Positions 59,330 through 64,000 of a stretch of 64,000 nt of DNA are shown here, piece by piece. How positions within the stretch are numbered: position 1 is the stretch's first letter; each line of letters begins with the position of its first letter. The translations under genes were made by a program, and so were the position numbers. Source of the stretch: Stylophora pistillata (taxonomy: Eukaryota); NCBI RefSeq assembly GCF_002571385.2, contig NW_019217887.1, positions 541,850 through 605,849 on the forward strand, written 5' to 3'. The notes below the pieces were generated by a model. It had not been told where the DNA came from and made no database searches. It was given only the letters and a program-made list of their open reading frames with translations.

Positions 59330-62300
59330 TTATTCTTCCCACGGGCTGACATCTGTGTCGATCGCCAAGCAGTTGTAAGCAGCGTAGCGAATCTTTTCTT
59401 CCGCTACTTTCGCACTGAAAGCAAAACAATGACAGTGAAAGCTTGTTTGTGACGTAGTCTAATTCAAGTATGCGATGAAAAAGTTATTGGAGGTTTTCTT
59501 TTATATTGAGAAATACATTACGGACACGTTAAGCCGGGTTCTATTTTGAGCCAACAAAACCAGAACTATAACTATATCGCTCCCTCAGACGCGAGTTTGG
59601 ATTACTCGCAGTTTTTTCTCTCAAGTGTTTGGGACATGTAGGCACTAGGCATGGCGTTTTCCACGTTTGGTTTGCTATCTGAAATGTCATTTCAGTGGAG
59701 TAGTCCCCTTAATTATAACAGCTAAGGCCTGGTGGCATAAATTGAATTCAGTGAAGAAAAACACACCTTGTATATTCTGGTAGAAAAAGTGTGCTGGAAC
59801 AAGTAGCAGCTTCAGGTAATGAGTCAGCTTGCACAGAACTAAGATCGAAAAAGAGAAAAGCCATCAATAAAGAAAACCGAAGAGTTAAGACGACCTTAGA
59901 CAACGAGCAGTCCTTCCCTCTTTAGCTTAGTACTAGTCTAGAGCAGGGTATCCCACAGCATTAACTCTGGTGTGATGTTCCCCTGAAAGTTTGTCGACAT
60001 ATGCTGGCCACGACCACAACTCTCTTTTCCATTGTAAATGTCTAACCTGCCGCAGTGAAGGTGTAGGTAATTCTGTGAGCTGAAGAAAAAAACCGGAAGA
60101 ACATTTCCAACACAGTTAAGGTCAGTTCTCACCTTCTCCCAGGACAGATGTACAAAGGAGCTGGAAGTCGTCTTCGTCCCGTGACAAAACGTAGAAATCG
60201 ACTGCGATCATCTAAGCAACACAAAAAGCAAGTAAAGATTGGTCTAGCATCCTAACATGAAGCGACTAGGAGTGCTGCTGTTCCTTCCACCCACCCCTCC
60301 CTCCCCTTTGAGAAGGATAGCCAAAACTTCGTCGGGTTTACCCAACAACTAACCTGTACCCATTTATTCTCTGGGGTGGGGAAAGGCACTGTAACAGGAA
60401 AATAAACTATTTAAGTAAACAATACGACCCGATGTTTCTTGTGAAAACATTGCGATTAATAACTGAGGAATAAATAAGATATAAACTGTTGTTGTTCTCC
60501 GTGGTTTTGTAGAAAAATGATCTTTTAATCGTTTTTCTCACGATGTAGCGGCAGGCTACCAATTATTTTGATACACATAGCATTATATTTTATAAGACAA
60601 TATGACAATGTTTAGATAAAGTGTATGATTCATGCAAAAGTTGGCTATGCGCGATCTGTGTGATAAGCCTATCTTTTGAAACATAACCTACCGTTTGTGA
60701 AATTCTCCAACGCTTTCCACAAAAACTTCACGCGCCTGTCATTCTCGGTAATATCTTCGTAGTGCACTGTTATAAGATAAGGAAAAGAAAGCTAATAAGC
60801 AACAGCTTTCCCACTGACTCTCCACGAACTTGCATACGACACGTGGGGATAACACGCGAAGGATGCGCTTACCACTTAGAGAGCGTTTGACATTCAAGAA
60901 AACTCAATTTTAGAGTGTACTACCTACAGCTACAAAGAAGAATTCAGAAAGATGTGCGCAACCGTGCCATTCTACCGAGGCGCGCATGCGCTCCGTGAAG
61001 GGTGTAAGCGTCAGGCATGCCAGACGATTAGACCACACTGGCGATCACATGGCTACACCTAGAAGCCACATGACACTTCAGCGGATACCAGGCCCGTCGG
61101 CTTGAGGCAAAGTAAGCTATATTGTGAACAAAAATAGCTTTCATCCATTTGGAACATAGGTTCAAAGAGAGAACACTCACTACACTTTTTTAATGCCTCA
61201 ACTGCCAGATCAGGATCGCCACACACTCTTCTCTCCAGTTCCTGCCAAGTAAGAAGGTCGAGTACAGCCTGGGAAAGAACTTTTAGAAGACCCCGTCTGA
61301 TCGCTTCAATCTGCAGGCAAAATGAGAAGATTTTTATCGTTGAATAACTAAGAGTATCATATGCGCGCTGTTGTAAGCATTTTGCCGTGTCGACTGTTGT
61401 TTTTTTTTTTTTTAAGAAAACGTAACACAGAAGGTTAGTTTTTTCTCAAATTTTGTCACAGACTGACATTTGACTCGTGATTAAAAGTAACAAACAGATG
61501 GAATTGGTCTCCACTTGGTCATTATTCATCAGCCTTTTCCCTATGAACCCCTTAGGGTAACTTGTATCTAATTTATCCTCACAATGTCACCCCAGAATCA
61601 AACATTAAGGTCATGAAAATAAAGAAAATAATCACCATCTAAAGAAGCTCTTGATTGTTAAACAAATTCTCCTTGTCAGCATCTTAGGAAATGTATAGAG
61701 AAGAGTATGGAGAATATGTAGACTGATATTAGGGTGTAAAGGGTTAAGACTGAAAAGCTAAATTTAGGAACTAAAACTTGTTACGCAAAATGTTACCTGC
61801 TGTTTCCCTTCACCCATCCGGCAGTTTCGCACCAGTCGAATGTACTCAGTTCTTTCTTCATATTCGACGAATTTGTCAGCTCCTCCAGGGACTAGGTTTA
61901 CTAATGTGTTATCGCTTAAAACCTGTTGGGGAAGGGAAGGGGAGGGGAGGGGGTGGTTAGTAAAAGACTTGAGGGAGGGAAGGGAAGGGACGACCAAAGG
62001 TTGAGAACAATGACGGATTTGATAACTCGGGTGTTATGGCTCCTTTACAAGTTGGTTACGGGTGGAGGGGGGGGGGGTTGGGTTGGCAACGAGTGACAAG
62101 GTATTGAGATCTATTATCAAAAACGCCTGTGACAGGCAGAGAACCTCAGTATTTCGGCCATGCTGGTTTTTGTTTGGTCTATAAGAAATAAGGGGCGGAC
62201 CACGGACCATGTGCGCGTAAACGTCCCCCTTCTCATTCCCCGGAGATCTCGCCACTCTGTTGTTGGGACGTTGGGACGTTGGGACATCTTGACGGGTAAA

Positions 62301-62548
62301 ATACTGCAAAAGACTTCCAAATATGGCGAGAATACCGCTGATCCCTTTTCCCCAAGGCTCAATTGTCACCTTTCTGTTCTAAACACATTATAATGTCATT
62401 TGTGTGCTATCTCTGCAAAAACGCTTCCCAATACAAGGATTGTTTTTAGCTCAAAAGACAAACTTACTATTGTGTACGTTAACACTCCACCAAACTTCAT
62501 ATCAAACGATTCCTTATCCATCGTTTCGAGAGATTCAAGCAATTTGAC
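59330..62548 (-). CDS. HECTD3: E3 ubiquitin ligase HECTD3, last seven coding exons (5' part outside the window)
   Basis: GT-AG exons 62548-62468, 61922-61797, 61310-61181, 60766-60692, 60211-60133, 59838-59767 and 59414-59330 join in frame: [31 protein letters not shown]...[17 protein letters not shown]...[29 protein letters not shown]...[45 protein letters not shown]. The catalytic Cys and the HECTD3-type C-terminus are present. Confidence 0.93.
61545..61746. mobile_element. TTAA-flanked MITE in a HECTD3 intron
   Basis: Ends AGGGTGTAAAGGG|TTAA; same family as 54402. Confidence 0.65.
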
Positions 62549-63434
62549 CTGAATTGAGAATAGAAAGAAAATACTGATTTAAGCAAAGGCTTTCCTGAGG
62601 AAAATTTGTTTGACTGCCGGCAAGTTCTCGGATATGGAAAGTTTGTTGATGACGAAAGGGAAAAACTCAACTTAGTCAGAAGTTGAGTTTCTCTTGAGCA
62701 CTATCGCTGAGACTGCAGGACCATTAAAGTTTGAATTCATTTGAATACACTAATTTACTAACTCCAAATTTTTTTATTCCGCAAACATTTCTTACAGCTG
62801 TGACCAGATAAGTTGTTGACTACTCATTTGTGAGTGCGTTGGGGTGAGGGGGGAGAGGACACTCAGTGTGCACGTTTCGCGCGTGTATTGCGTGGGAATT
62901 GCACTTGCGTCGAGAGCGTGCAGTGCTGTAATGGACAACAGTTTTGCTATAAATTGTTAATCGTGCATTTATGCGTGATTTTGAGGTGGGGAGGGGGCGA
63001 GGTGGGGAGCGGGAGAGGTGGGGAGGGGGCGAGGTGGCCTCGGTACTTTTAAATCCACATGTTTAATATCCAACCTCAGTCAAGTGATCTAATGCAATCA
63101 GGGTTCATTGTATTTTCTTCTAATATAAAGCCTTTAAAAAATTTTTCTTATCTCCAATGAATTTTGTGCCAGTGGATATATAACATTTGCAAAGCGTAAA
63201 ACATGTACTGCACTAGATACAAGTCAGACAGTGTGGAAGTGGACCTTGTTTCTTGTTTAAGGGTGCTCTCAACTCTTACGAGAGCACCCAGAGTTTTGAC
63301 CCTAATTTTGATTTCGACGTCTTAAACTAACAAGGTGACCCTCTGGAGCTGTAATGATATATCCAGTATTTTAGAAAATTTTGACGAACGCAAAGCGTAA
63401 AATACACAGGTGAAGCCACCTTATGTACCGAATA

Positions 63435-63793
63435 TTAAAGTGCTCACAAACCCAAAAATGTTTAGCTTAAATAAATCTTATTATAATTCTGAGCAAAATA
63501 GCGCAAAAATTTTTGTTTTTGGTAGAAAGCCGAATTTTTTATGAATTTTTAAAGTGGCGGAAAATCGAGATTCGAAAACCCGTGACTGAGCAGCGGAACC
63601 TGCCGAAAGGAAATGAATCGAGTGTAATTCGTGACGTAAAACGCGGACTGTGAGCTTCGCTTGTCGTGACTTCGATCAAATGTAGACCTAACAATGGATG
63701 TACCTGACATTATAACCAATGTGCACTTAATGCAATGATCACTTAAAGCGTGATCTGTATATCAATGATCACTTAAAGCGTGATCTGTATATC
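63435..63793. mobile_element. Kolobok-like end, truncated at the N (63794)
   Basis: TTAA|AGTGCTCACAAACCCAAAA resembles TTAA|AGTGCACCTAAACCCAAAA at 38080. Confidence 0.5.
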
Positions 63794-63794
63794 N

Positions 63795-64000
63795 TAGTAA
63801 TAGTAATAGTAATAGTAATAGTAATAGTAATAGTAATCAAAGTTTAATGTCTTTACGTGGGGCATGGTTACCCATATTGCCCGAGCCAGAGGCTCATGTA
63901 TGAAACGCAAGACAACAACCCACCCATCCCACCCCAGGGGAGGACATCCATCACACAGTAATCTCGTGCGTGGGAAATTAACGTCTCCTACCCCTAACCC
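63795..64000 (-). mobile_element. SINE 3' part with (TAGTAA)n tail
   Basis: 63930-64000 matches 5650-5720. Confidence 0.65.

Overview
This is eukaryotic, AT-rich, repeat-rich DNA with spliceosomal introns. The repeat and gene families suggest a cnidarian, probably a stony coral (inference). The main structure is a tandem segmental duplication of one cassette: a 47-bp satellite, a TPR-CHAT caspase-like protease gene (-), a repeat-mosaic spacer, then class A GPCR-A (+) and class A GPCR-B (+). In unit 1 (~8971-30341) all three genes are pseudogenes. In unit 2 (~31661-58009) all three are intact, and the CHAT His/Cys dyad is retained. A collapsed remnant of a third unit lies between them (30342-31079). 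The right end holds the last seven coding exons of HECTD3 (-). Mobile DNA includes two Penelope-like 3' fragments each followed by a hammerhead ribozyme, a palindromic hammerhead-bearing insertion, a 527-bp foldback element with a 7-bp TSD (P/Galileo-like), a hAT element with TIRs and 8-bp TSD inside an old LINE RT, an internally deleted CR1/L2-type LINE with a 2A-like motif, Crypton-derived elements, Kolobok-like ends, tRNA-derived SINEs and MITEs. Assembly gaps occur at 4400, 7330-8158, 42924 and 63794. All alignments were done by eye; no database searches were run.
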